Below are positions 108,441-119,027 of a stretch of DNA of 124,000 nt, piece by piece. Each line of letters starts with the position of its first letter. The first letter of the stretch is position 1. The stretch comes from Hyalangium minutum (GTDB taxonomy: Bacteria; Myxococcota; Myxococcia; Myxococcales; Myxococcaceae). Location: NCBI RefSeq assembly GCF_000737315.1, contig NZ_JMCB01000013.1, positions 144,001-268,000 of the forward strand, given 5' to 3'. Below the pieces are notes generated by a model, which was not told where the DNA came from, made no database searches, and saw nothing but the letters and a program-made list of their open reading frames with translations. Both the position numbers and the translations under genes were made by a program.

Positions 108441-109870
108441 GCGAGCCCGCGCCCAAGGCCCCTGTGATGGCCGATCCGCTGGTGGAGCACCCGCTCATCG
108501 AGGGGCGCTACTCGAACGCGGAGCTCAACGCATCGCTGATGCGGCCCGTGCTGGCCGGACCGGCGCGCTGGTGGTGGGTGCTGGTGGGGATCTGCTCCGC
108601 GCTCACCGTGCTGCTGATGGTGGGCATGGGAGTGACGTTCGCGAAGGGCGTGGGGACCTGGGGCAACAACATCCCGGTGGCCTGGGCTTTCGGCATCATC
108701 AACTTCGTCTGGTGGATCGGCATCGGCCACGCCGGCACGCTCATCTCCGCCATCCTGCTGCTGTTCGCCGAGAAGTGGCGCAGCTCCGTCAACCGCATGG
108801 CCGAGGCGATGACGCTGTTCGCCGTGGCGTGCGCGGGCCTCTTCCCGCTGCTGCACCTGGGGCGCCCGTGGAAGTTCTACTGGCTGGTGCCGTACCCAAG
108901 CGTGCTGCGCGCCTGGCCGCAGTTCCGCTCCCCGCTCACGTGGGACATCGTGGCGATCCTCACGTACCTCACGGTGTCGGTGCTCTTCTGGTACGTGGGC
109001 TTGCTGCCGGATCTGGCGTCCGCGCGGGATACCGCCCGGGAGACGTGGAAGCGCCGCGCCTGGGGAGTGCTGTCCATGGGATGGCGCGGCAGCGCCCGGC
109101 ACTGGCTCCAGTGGCGCGCCGCGTACGTGGTGCTCGCGGGAGTGGCCACGCCGCTCGTCGTGTCGGTGCACACCATCGTGTCCTTCGACTTCGCGGTGGC
109201 GCAACTGCCGGGCTGGCACACCACCGTTTTCCCTCCGTACTTCGTGGCGGGCGCCATCTTCTCCGGGCTCGCCATGGTGCTCACGCTGCTGTTGCCCGCG
109301 CGGCGGGCGCTGGGCCTGCACCACGTCATCACGAATGCGCACCTGGATGTGCTCTCGCGGCTGATGCTCGTGTCCGGGCTCTTCGTGGCCTACGGCTACG
109401 TGCAGGAGCATTTCTTCGGCTGGTACAGCGGCAACGAGTACGAGCAGCACGCGATGAACATCCTGCGCGTGGGCCCATACGCGCCGCTCTTCTGGACGGT
109501 CATCTTCTGCAACGTGGTGGTGCCACAGCTGTTCTGGATCGGGCGGCTGCGCATCCAGCCGGTGGTGCTCTGGGTGGCCGCGCTGCTGGTGAACGTGGGC
109601 ATGTGGCTGGAGCGCTTCCTGATCGTGGTGGCGCCTCTGAGCGAGGACTTCCTGCCGAGCAGCTGGAAGCACTACGCGCCTACCTGGGTGGACCTGAGCC
109701 TGCTGTCCGGGACGATGGGGCTGTTCGGCCTGGGCTTCCTGCTGTTCCTCAAGCTGGTGCCGCCGGTGCCGGCCAGCGAGGTGAAGCACCTGCAGCATGA
109801 GCTGGAGTCCTCCGAGGCCTTCGCGCGCGAGGCGGCGGCTCAGAGGCGGAGCGGGGGAGGGGCACCATGA
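108437..109870 (+). CDS. actC: ACIII ActC (NrfD-like quinol-binding subunit)
   Basis: NFVWWIGIGHAGTLISA, HLGRPW and SVHTIVSFDF motifs. Confidence 0.93.
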   Translation: MSEPAPKAPVMADPLVEHPLIEGRYSNAELNASLMRPVLAGPARWWWVLVGICSALTVLLMVGMGVTFAKGVGTWGNNIPVAWAFGIINFVWWIGIGHAGTLISAILLLFAEKWRSSVNRMAEAMTLFAVACAGLFPLLHLGRPWKFYWLVPYPSVLRAWPQFRSPLTWDIVAILTYLTVSVLFWYVGLLPDLASARDTARETWKRRAWGVLSMGWRGSARHWLQWRAAYVVLAGVATPLVVSVHTIVSFDFAVAQLPGWHTTVFPPYFVAGAIFSGLAMVLTLLLPARRALGLHHVITNAHLDVLSRLMLVSGLFVAYGYVQEHFFGWYSGNEYEQHAMNILRVGPYAPLFWTVIFCNVVVPQLFWIGRLRIQPVVLWVAALLVNVGMWLERFLIVVAPLSEDFLPSSWKHYAPTWVDLSLLSGTMGLFGLGFLLFLKLVPPVPASEVKHLQHELESSEAFAREAAAQRRSGGGAP

Positions 109871-110394
109871 AGCGCTGGGTGCTCGGAGAGTTCGGTTCGC
109901 CCGAGCGGTTGCTCGAGGTGGCCCGTGCGCTGCGGGAGCGCGGCTTCGTGCGGCTGGATGCGCACACTCCGTTCCCCGTGGAGGGGCTGGCCGAGGTGCT
110001 CGAGCTGAAGTCCTCGCGCCTGCCCGCGCTGGGGCTGCTGGCAGGGCTTGGCGGCGCGGCTGGGGCCTACCTGGTGCAGTGGTTCACACAGGCGGTGGAC
110101 TGGCCGCTGAACGTGGGCGGGAGACCGCTGCACAGCGCGCCCGCCTTCATTCCCATCACCTTCGAGACGGGGGTGCTGTCGGCTGCGGGTGCGGTCTTCT
110201 TGGGCTTGTTCGTGGTGTGCGGGCTGCCTCGGGTGACACACCCAGTCTTCGAGCTGGAGTCCTTCCGCAGCGCCAGCGTGGATGGCTTCTGGATCAGCGT
110301 CGCGGTGGAGGAGTCCACTCCGCCCGAGACGGTGGCCGAGGTGCTGCGCACCCTGGGCGCCTCGCAGGTGTCGCAGGTGGAGGGCGAAGAATGA
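109867..110394 (+). CDS. actD: ACIII ActD (DUF3341)
   Basis: LDAHTPFPVEG, WPLNVGG.P and PITFE motifs. Confidence 0.9.
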   Translation: MKRWVLGEFGSPERLLEVARALRERGFVRLDAHTPFPVEGLAEVLELKSSRLPALGLLAGLGGAAGAYLVQWFTQAVDWPLNVGGRPLHSAPAFIPITFETGVLSAAGAVFLGLFVVCGLPRVTHPVFELESFRSASVDGFWISVAVEESTPPETVAEVLRTLGASQVSQVEGEE

Positions 110395-111083
110395 GGGTCG
110401 CCAGGCATCTGCTCTGCGGGGGGGCGCTGGCCTTGTCCGCCTGTGAGGACCGGGATCCGATGCAGGTGCAGGAGCGCGATAACGCGTTCTCGGAGGATCC
110501 TCTCTTCGCGGACGAGCGGGCCATGCGCCCCACCGTGGCCGGCACGGTGCCCCAGGAGTGGTACCGGCAGCAGGCCCGGTTCATGGTCCACCAGAGCCTG
110601 GACGCGGGCTGGGTCGCGCGGCCACCTGTGCCGCTGACGCGCGAGCTGCTCCACGAGGGCCGCTCCCACTTCGAGACGTGGTGCGCGCCTTGCCACGGGC
110701 TGTTGGCGGATGGCCAGAGCGTGGTGGGCCAGAACATGCAACTGCGGCCCGCACCCGCGCTGTTCGGGCCTCTGCACGTGCCGCACCCGGCCCGAAGCGC
110801 CTCGCAGCTCGATGGAGGAGTGCCCGAGCCGGGCTCTCCGCATGCAGTGCCGGTATCCGCGGGCTGGGAGGCACTGCCGCACCCGGCCGGCTTCTATTAC
110901 GCGGTCATCACCGAGGGGTATGGGCTGATGCCGTCCTACGCGGAGGCGCTCAAGCCCTCCGAGCGGTGGGCCGTGGCGGCCTACCTGCGAGCACTCGCCT
111001 ACAGCCAACAAGCGCCCATGTCGGCCGCGCCTCCCGCGGTCCAGGCCACGCTCCAGCAGGAGCGTTCGGGAGGGGTTCCATGA
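110391..111083 (+). CDS. actE: ACIII ActE monoheme cytochrome c lipoprotein
   Basis: Lipobox LSAC, CAPCH and GYGLMPSY. Confidence 0.88.
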   Translation: MRVARHLLCGGALALSACEDRDPMQVQERDNAFSEDPLFADERAMRPTVAGTVPQEWYRQQARFMVHQSLDAGWVARPPVPLTRELLHEGRSHFETWCAPCHGLLADGQSVVGQNMQLRPAPALFGPLHVPHPARSASQLDGGVPEPGSPHAVPVSAGWEALPHPAGFYYAVITEGYGLMPSYAEALKPSERWAVAAYLRALAYSQQAPMSAAPPAVQATLQQERSGGVP

Positions 111084-112285
111084 TCACCGTGCTACCGCGC
111101 TTCGAGGGCAACCGGAGGTTCCTGGGCGTGTCGCTCGCCGTAGGAGTCCTGGGGCTGGCGGCGACGCTGGCGGGCGGGTTCGCCGATGCCCGCGAGGCGA
111201 GCCATGGCTACCTGTTCGCCTTCGCCTTCTGGCTCTCCCTGTGCCTGGGCGCGCTGGTGATGCTGTCGTCCTTTCACGCGGCGCGGGCGCGCTGGCCCAC
111301 GGTGCTGCGGCGGCCTCTGGAGGTGATGGCGGCGTGCTGCCCGCTGTTCATCCTGCTCTTCCTCCCCGTGGTACTGAGCATGCGCCACCTGTTCCCCTGG
111401 GTGGAGCCATCGCCGGCGCTCGGCGAGCACGCGCTGCATTTGCTCGAGCACAAGCGCCCGTACCTGAACCTGACGGGGTTTCTCCTCCGGGCGGTGCTCT
111501 ACTTCGGGGTGTGGTGCGCGGTGGCGCTGCTGCTCTACCGCTGGTCCGTGCGCCAGGATGCCGAGCCCGAGAGCAACGAGAGGGTGGTGCGGCTCACCGC
111601 GTGGCAGAGGCGGCTGGCGGCGGGCTCGCTGCCGGTGGTGGTGCTGTGCGTGTCGTTCGCCTGCCTGGACTGGCTCATGTCCCTGGATCCGCTGTGGCAG
111701 TCCACCGTGTACGCGCTCTACGTGGGGTGCGGCGCAGTGGTAGCGGCCCTGTCGGTGGTGGGGCTGCTGGCGGCGCAGGGGCAGGGGGCGGGGCAGTTCG
111801 GCGCGCTGATGCGGCCGGTGCACTTCCGGTGGCTCGGCACGCTGCTGCTCAGCTTCGTGTGCCTGTGGGCCTACTGCGTCTTCTCGCAACTGTTGCTCAT
111901 GTGGATCGCCACGCTCCCCGAGGAGGTGACGTGGTACCAGGCCCGGCTCGACGGCGGCTGGCGGTGGCTGGCGGCATTGCTGGCCTTGGGCCACTTCGCG
112001 GTGCCCTTCCTGCTCCTGCTGCAGCGGAGCATCAAGGAGCAGCCCCGGCGACTGGCCGCCGTGTGCGCGTGGCTCCTGCTCATGCGCGCGGTGGATCTGT
112101 ATTGGCTGGTGCTGCCCGCGCTCCATCCGCGGGAGTGGTACCCGCACTGGACGAGCCTCACCGCGTGGGTGGGCGTGGGCGGGCTGTTCGTGGCGGCCTG
112201 CCTGTGGCTGCAGCGCGGCGGCTACACCGTGCCAGTGCGCGATCCATTCCTCCTCCACTCGCTGCGGGTGCCCAGCCATGAGTGA
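111080..112285 (+). CDS. actF: ACIII ActF membrane subunit
   Basis: About 10 TMs with A.W....RRP.E, DWLMSLDP.W.S and W.A.LPEE..WY patterns. Confidence 0.88.
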   Translation: MITVLPRFEGNRRFLGVSLAVGVLGLAATLAGGFADAREASHGYLFAFAFWLSLCLGALVMLSSFHAARARWPTVLRRPLEVMAACCPLFILLFLPVVLSMRHLFPWVEPSPALGEHALHLLEHKRPYLNLTGFLLRAVLYFGVWCAVALLLYRWSVRQDAEPESNERVVRLTAWQRRLAAGSLPVVVLCVSFACLDWLMSLDPLWQSTVYALYVGCGAVVAALSVVGLLAAQGQGAGQFGALMRPVHFRWLGTLLLSFVCLWAYCVFSQLLLMWIATLPEEVTWYQARLDGGWRWLAALLALGHFAVPFLLLLQRSIKEQPRRLAAVCAWLLLMRAVDLYWLVLPALHPREWYPHWTSLTAWVGVGGLFVAACLWLQRGGYTVPVRDPFLLHSLRVPSHE

Positions 112286-112637
112286 GGGCTTCACGCCACC
112301 CCCGCCGCAGCACGATCGGCTGCCGAGCCTCCGCATCCTCGCGGTGCTCGTCGGCTGGCTGGTGCTCACCTCCCTGTCGGTGCTGGGCATGCGGTGGTGG
112401 GAGGCGCGGAACCAGCCTGCCGTAGCAGCGGGAACTCCGGCGCAGTTCGGCGAGGCGGAGATCGCGAACGTCAACCAGCGACCCTTCGCACTGGAGAAGG
112501 AGGCACCTCGGCTGCGAGCCGCTCAGGACTCGCGGCTGGAGCGCTATGGCTGGGTGGATCGCGGCGCGGGCGTCATCCATGTGCCCATCGAGCAGGCCAT
112601 GGATCAGGTGCTGGCGCAGGAAGGGAGGGGGCCATGA
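112278..112637 (+). CDS. ActG-like small membrane subunit
   Basis: Single TM and YGWVDR..G..H.PIEQAM motif; position after actF. Confidence 0.7.
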   Translation: MSEGFTPPPPQHDRLPSLRILAVLVGWLVLTSLSVLGMRWWEARNQPAVAAGTPAQFGEAEIANVNQRPFALEKEAPRLRAAQDSRLERYGWVDRGAGVIHVPIEQAMDQVLAQEGRGP

Positions 112638-113663
112638 TGGAGTTCTTGCGGCACCTCCTGTTCCTTCCTCGGGGGGGCTCCACGCTGGCGGACCGCGTGG
112701 ATCGCATCCACTTCTTCATCATCATCGTCACCTTCATCGTGGCGGTGTGCATCGGGCTCACGGGGCTCGTGTTCCTGGTGCGCTTCCGGCGCCGGCACGC
112801 CCTCGCCCTCACCCCTCGGGTGCAGGCCCCCGCGTGGCTGGAAGCGATCTTCATCAGCGTGCCCCTCTCCTTCTTCCTGCTTTGGGGCGTGCTCGGCTTC
112901 CGCGACTTCGTGTGGGTGAAGAACCCGCCGGCGGGCGCGCTGGATGTGTACGTGACGGGCAAGCAGTGGATGTGGAAGTTCGCGCTGACGGACGGCGTGG
113001 GCAGCGTGGGAGTGCTGCACGTGCCCACGGGGCGCCCGGTGCGGTTGATGATCACCTCGCGGGATGTCGTTCACTCGTTCTACGTGCCCGAGTTCCGGCT
113101 GAAGCAGGACGCGCTGCCTGGGCGCTATACGGAGACGTGGTTCGAGGTGAAGCATCCGGGGCGCTATCAGGTGCTGTGCGCCGAGTACTGCGGGTTGGAT
113201 CACTCGCACATGCTCGGAGAGGTGGTGGCGCTGGAGCCGGGCGATTTCGAGGCGTGGCGGGCCTGGCAGAAGGCCTTGCCCACGGCCAGTCCGGGGGAGA
113301 TATCCGAGCAGGTCTCCGGCGCGGATGAGCGGGGGCCACTGGCCGAGCTCGGGCGCACCGTGGCCGCGCAGAAGGGCTGCTTCAAGTGCCACACGGTGGA
113401 CGGGACGCCGCACATTGGGCCTACGTGGCTGGGGTTGTACGAGCGCGAGGAGCCGCTGGCGTCGGGCGGACGCATCCGGGCGGACGTGGCCTACCTCACC
113501 GAGTCGATGATGGATCCCGCCGCCAAGGTGGTGGCGGGCTTCAACCCGGTGATGCCCACATTCCATGGGCAGCTAAGCCCGGGGGAAGTGGCCGCGCTGG
113601 TGGAGTTCATCAAGTCACTGCGACCCGAGCGCCCCGTGCCTCCGGCCGCGCAGGAGCCCACCT

Positions 113664-113683
<20 letters not shown>
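112634..113683 (+). CDS. coxB: Cytochrome c oxidase subunit II with fused cytochrome c (caa3-type)
   Basis: DVVHSF and CAEYCG..HSHM CuA ligands; CFKCH heme c site. Confidence 0.93.
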
Positions 113684-115290
<1,607 letters not shown>

Positions 115291-115301
<11 letters not shown>

Positions 115302-115941
115302 AGCGAGCGGGAGGCCAGTGGTTCCACACGCCGAGCACTTCGGCGATGAGGCGTCGCGTCAGGACGCGGCGCACATGGGCATGTGGATCTTCCTGGCGAC
115401 CGAGGTGCTGCTGTTCGCGGCCCTCTTCGCCGCCTATTCCCTGTACCGGCTGGCGTACCCGGAGGTCTTCTCTCAGGCGCGCGAGCACATGGATCTGGCG
115501 CTGGGGACGATCAACACCTACGTGCTGGTGAGCAGCAGCGTCCTCGTGGCGTTGGCGATCGCCTCCATCCGAAAGGGGAGGGATCTGGCGGCGGGGGTGC
115601 TGCTCGCGGGCGCGGTGCTGCTCGGCATCACCTTCCTCTGCATCAAGGGCATGGAGTACGCCCACCACGCGAAGGACAAAGCCCTGCCCGGCGCCCACTA
115701 CGCCTACGACAAGTTCGCCGTTCCCGGCGCGAGCCTCTACTTCACCCTCTACTGGATCATGACAGGCATCCACGCGGTGCACGTGACGGTGGGGATCGGG
115801 GTGCTCTCGGTGCTGTGCGGCCAGGCGCTGTCAGGGAAGTTCAGCGCGGCCTACCACACGCCAGTGGAGCTGGGCGGCATGTACTGGCACCTGGTGGACA
115901 TCGTCTGGTTGTTCCTCTGGCCGCTGCTCTACCTGGCGTGA
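115291..115941 (+). CDS. coxC: Cytochrome c oxidase subunit III
   Basis: GMWIFLATEVLLF, TGIHAVHV and YWHLVD motifs. Confidence 0.92.
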
Positions 115942-115971
115942 CGAGCGGCGGGTGTCGAGGAGGAGGCGCGC

Positions 115972-116382
115972 ATGGCGGAGACTCGAAGCAAGGAGCAGGG
116001 AGGGCGAGCCCACGGTGGTTATGGCAAGGCCCTGATCGTGGGCGTGGGGCTGCTGTCGCTCACCACGCTCTCGTTTGCGCTGTCGCGCCTGCACGTGGGA
116101 GCTTGGGGGCTCGTGGTGGCGGTGGCCATCGCGGTCATCAAGGTGACGCTGATAGCCTTCTTCTTCATGCACCTGTCGGAGCGAGCCGGAGGGCCCCGGC
116201 TGGTGTTCGCCACCGCGGTACTCTTCGTCATCATCCTTATCGGGCTGATCCTCGTGGAGGCCAGCGACCGGCCCCAGCCCGCGATGCCACCGGGGCCGTT
116301 CTCCGCCGAGCGGCTGCCGGGCCTGGATGAGCAGCCCCAGGCGGCTCCCACGCGCGAGCCCCCGAGCGAACAGACACCCTAG
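115972..116382 (+). CDS. Cytochrome c oxidase subunit IV
   Basis: Three TMs with K..LI..FFMHL. Confidence 0.85.
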   Translation: MAETRSKEQGGRAHGGYGKALIVGVGLLSLTTLSFALSRLHVGAWGLVVAVAIAVIKVTLIAFFFMHLSERAGGPRLVFATAVLFVIILIGLILVEASDRPQPAMPPGPFSAERLPGLDEQPQAAPTREPPSEQTP

Positions 116383-116945
116383 GCGCGAACCGCCTCCACG
116401 AGCGCGCGAAGCTTTGGGCGCTTCAGGGCACGGTAGAGCGTGGCCGTCAGCCTGCGGGCTGGCACCACCGCGCCCAGTGAGGCGCCAAAGGCCATGTGCA
116501 CCAACAGGAAGGCTCCGTGCGGCGCCTCGCGATCCAGCGGTGGCGAGGCGAACGGCACGATCAACCCCGGCATGATCACCTGGAGCGCCAGTCCCATCAA
116601 CATGCCGAGCATCAGCGCCGCCGTGGCGGTGCCGCCGCGTGGCAGCACCAGCGCGAAGAGGGTGGCCAGCCCTCCCGCGGTGGCCACATGGACCGCCAGG
116701 CCCACAAGCACTGAGAGCGCGCCGGTGGGGGCTTCCCGGAAGAAGACACCCCCTACCAGCCGGGCCGCATACCAGAGGTCTCCGTGGGTGAGCGCGCCCA
116801 GCGGCAGCGCCAGCGCTGCCATGAAGACCGCGCCGAGCAGACCCACGAAAGCCCCCGGCATGAGGACATCCCGGAAGAGCTTCCAGTGCTCCGCCTCCTC
116901 TTGCGTGGCGGCGAGGACCTGCCGGACGTGCTCAATGCGTTCCAT
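116379..116945 (-). CDS. Hypothetical membrane protein
   Basis: About four TM helices; G..VH and H..FG patterns. Confidence 0.65.
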   Translation of the reverse strand: MERIEHVRQVLAATQEEAEHWKLFRDVLMPGAFVGLLGAVFMAALALPLGALTHGDLWYAARLVGGVFFREAPTGALSVLVGLAVHVATAGGLATLFALVLPRGGTATAALMLGMLMGLALQVIMPGLIVPFASPPLDREAPHGAFLLVHMAFGASLGAVVPARRLTATLYRALKRPKLRALVEAVRA

Positions 116946-117006
116946 GCAACCCTCCACTCCTCTTTCGGAAAACGAGGAAAGTGACGGCGAAAGCCATGGG
117001 GATGTC

Positions 117007-117131
117007 ACGCTCGAGACGAGGGCCGAGCCAGCGCCGTCACCCAGCAGCGCGTAGTCGCCGATGGGCGGCTGAGGGCCTCGGGGAGAGCGTGGAGGCGCGT
117101 GAGGGCGGTGGCGATGGGAGGGCAGGTGCAT
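117007..117131 (-). pseudogene. Possible N-terminal remnant of a GH15 (glucoamylase/trehalase) gene
   Basis: PIGDYALLGDGAGSALVS resembles the P.I.DY.L.GD....ALVS start of bacterial GH15 proteins, but nothing more of the enzyme follows. Confidence 0.5.
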
Positions 117132-117277
117132 TCCAGAGGCTCATCACTCCACGGGCTCCCGATCCGCGAAGAAGAGGGTGAACTCCACGTGGGCATCCTG
117201 ATCAGAGGCGTTGAGCCCTCGGCAATGGCCCACTGCTTGCTCCCGATAACGGTTGGCATCTGTGTCCTCCAGCAGGG

Positions 117278-117664
117278 CTAGGTGAGCTGTTCTTGCACCA
117301 GGGCCAGATCCTCCTGGACTTGTCCCAAGGTCCGAGACATGGGCTGCTTGGGCAGGCTCCGCACTCCCTGGAGCGCCAGGGCCGCCGCGCCGCCCATCAT
117401 GCCGAGCCCCACCAGCAGCGTGAAGGAAGCGGGGCGTGTCCTCAGTGCCAAGGCGAGAGACACGGCGAGTGCGATGACTCCCCCCAGCCCCACGCCTGCG
117501 CTCGTGCCCAGCAGCGTCAAACTCTTGAGGGCCTGGCGAGCGTCCTCTCGCAGCTCCTGCCGGGCGGCCTCGAACTCCGCCTGCGCCAGCCGCTTGCCCT
117601 GGTCGATGGCCTGCCCCAGCAGCTCACGCGCCGACTCACCGGTCTCTCCCTGCGAACCCTTCAT
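117278..117664 (-). CDS. Holin-X/YqjE-like membrane protein
   Basis: LAQAEFEAARQEL followed by two TMs, P.RT...ED tail. Confidence 0.7.
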   Translation of the reverse strand: MKGSQGETGESARELLGQAIDQGKRLAQAEFEAARQELREDARQALKSLTLLGTSAGVGLGGVIALAVSLALALRTRPASFTLLVGLGMMGGAAALALQGVRSLPKQPMSRTLGQVQEDLALVQEQLT

Positions 117665-117899
117665 GTCCGTGGCTCCCGGCGCCTCTCGGTCCCTGGCGCT
117701 CATGCTCTTGTCGCTTCGGCAAAGCTGAGCCTGATGCTCGTGGCGTGCAGTGCCAGCCGGTACACGGAGGGCGGGCCTCTGTCGGCATCCCAGCAGGGCG
117801 GCCGGGCGGCACAGCGCCTCACTTCATGACTTGGGCTCCCAAACTATTTTCCGTCTTGGAGAGACGTGTCTCCCTCCCAGGGTTCTCAGGGGGTCTTTC

Positions 117900-119027
117900 G
117901 TGGCGGCAGGGCACCCACGGGGCAGCGGGGCGGCACCCATCGAACGGGTGGAGGTATCCGCGTACCAAATCCCCACGGATGCCCCTGAGGCGGATGGCAC
118001 CTTCGCGTGGGACTCCACCACGCTGGTGGTCGTGGAGCTGACCGCCGGGGGCCAGCGGGGACTCGGCTACACGTATACGGACGCGGTGGCCGCGGCGCTG
118101 ATCTCCCGCGTCTTCGCCCAGGAACTGCGCTCTCAGGACGCCATGGACATTCCCGCGCGGATGACGGCGCTGCTGCGCCGGGTGCGCAACCTGGGGCGGC
118201 CGGGCCTGGTCTCCATGGCGCTGTCCGCTGTGGACGCCGCGCTCTGGGACGTGAAGGCCCGGCTGCTCGGCCTGCCTCTCGCACGGCTGCTCGGCGCCGT
118301 GAGGGAGCGGGTCCCCCTCTATGGAAGCGGAGGGTTCACCTCGTACTCCGTGGAGCGGCTCCAGCAGCAACTCGCGGGCTGGGCCGAGCAGGGCATCCCT
118401 CGCGTGAAGATGAAGGTGGGAAGCCACCCCGAGGAGGATCCCGCCCGCGTCCGTGCCGCCCGCACGGCCATTGGAGACCGCGTGGAGCTCTTCGTGGATG
118501 CCAATGGCGCGTACACCGTGGCGCAGACCCTGGCTCTCGCGGACCGCTTCGCCGAGTGCGGCGTCTCTTGGTTCGAGGAGCCCGTGTCCAGCGATGATCT
118601 CGAGGGGCTCCATCGCGTCCGCTCACGCGCCCCGGCCGGCATGGCGGTAGCAGCGGGGGAGTACGGGGATGGCGGCATCTACTTCCGCCGCATGCTGGCA
118701 GCGGGCGCGGTGGATGTGCTGCAGGCGGACGTCACACGGTGCCTGGGCATCACCGGCTTCCTCCAGGCGGACGCGCTGTGTGACGTCTACCAGGTGCCGC
118801 TCTCCGGGCACTGCGCCCCAGCGCTCCACGCCCATGTGGCATGCGCGGCCCGGCGGCTGGTGCACCTGGAGTACTTCCACGATCACGCCCGGCTGGAGCG
118901 GATGCTCTTCGAGGGCGTGCCCGAGGTGAGAGAGGGCGCGCTCGTGCCGGATCTCTCACGTCCGGGGCTGGGGCTGGAGCTGAAGCGGGCGGACGCCGCC
119001 CGCTACGCGATGGGGGACAACACATGA
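117900..119027 (+). CDS. Mandelate racemase/muconate lactonizing enzyme (enolase superfamily)
   Basis: KMKVG, VDANG, WFEEP, AGEY, QAD and HCAP motifs. The start is uncertain. Confidence 0.88.
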   Translation: MAAGHPRGSGAAPIERVEVSAYQIPTDAPEADGTFAWDSTTLVVVELTAGGQRGLGYTYTDAVAAALISRVFAQELRSQDAMDIPARMTALLRRVRNLGRPGLVSMALSAVDAALWDVKARLLGLPLARLLGAVRERVPLYGSGGFTSYSVERLQQQLAGWAEQGIPRVKMKVGSHPEEDPARVRAARTAIGDRVELFVDANGAYTVAQTLALADRFAECGVSWFEEPVSSDDLEGLHRVRSRAPAGMAVAAGEYGDGGIYFRRMLAAGAVDVLQADVTRCLGITGFLQADALCDVYQVPLSGHCAPALHAHVACAARRLVHLEYFHDHARLERMLFEGVPEVREGALVPDLSRPGLGLELKRADAARYAMGDNT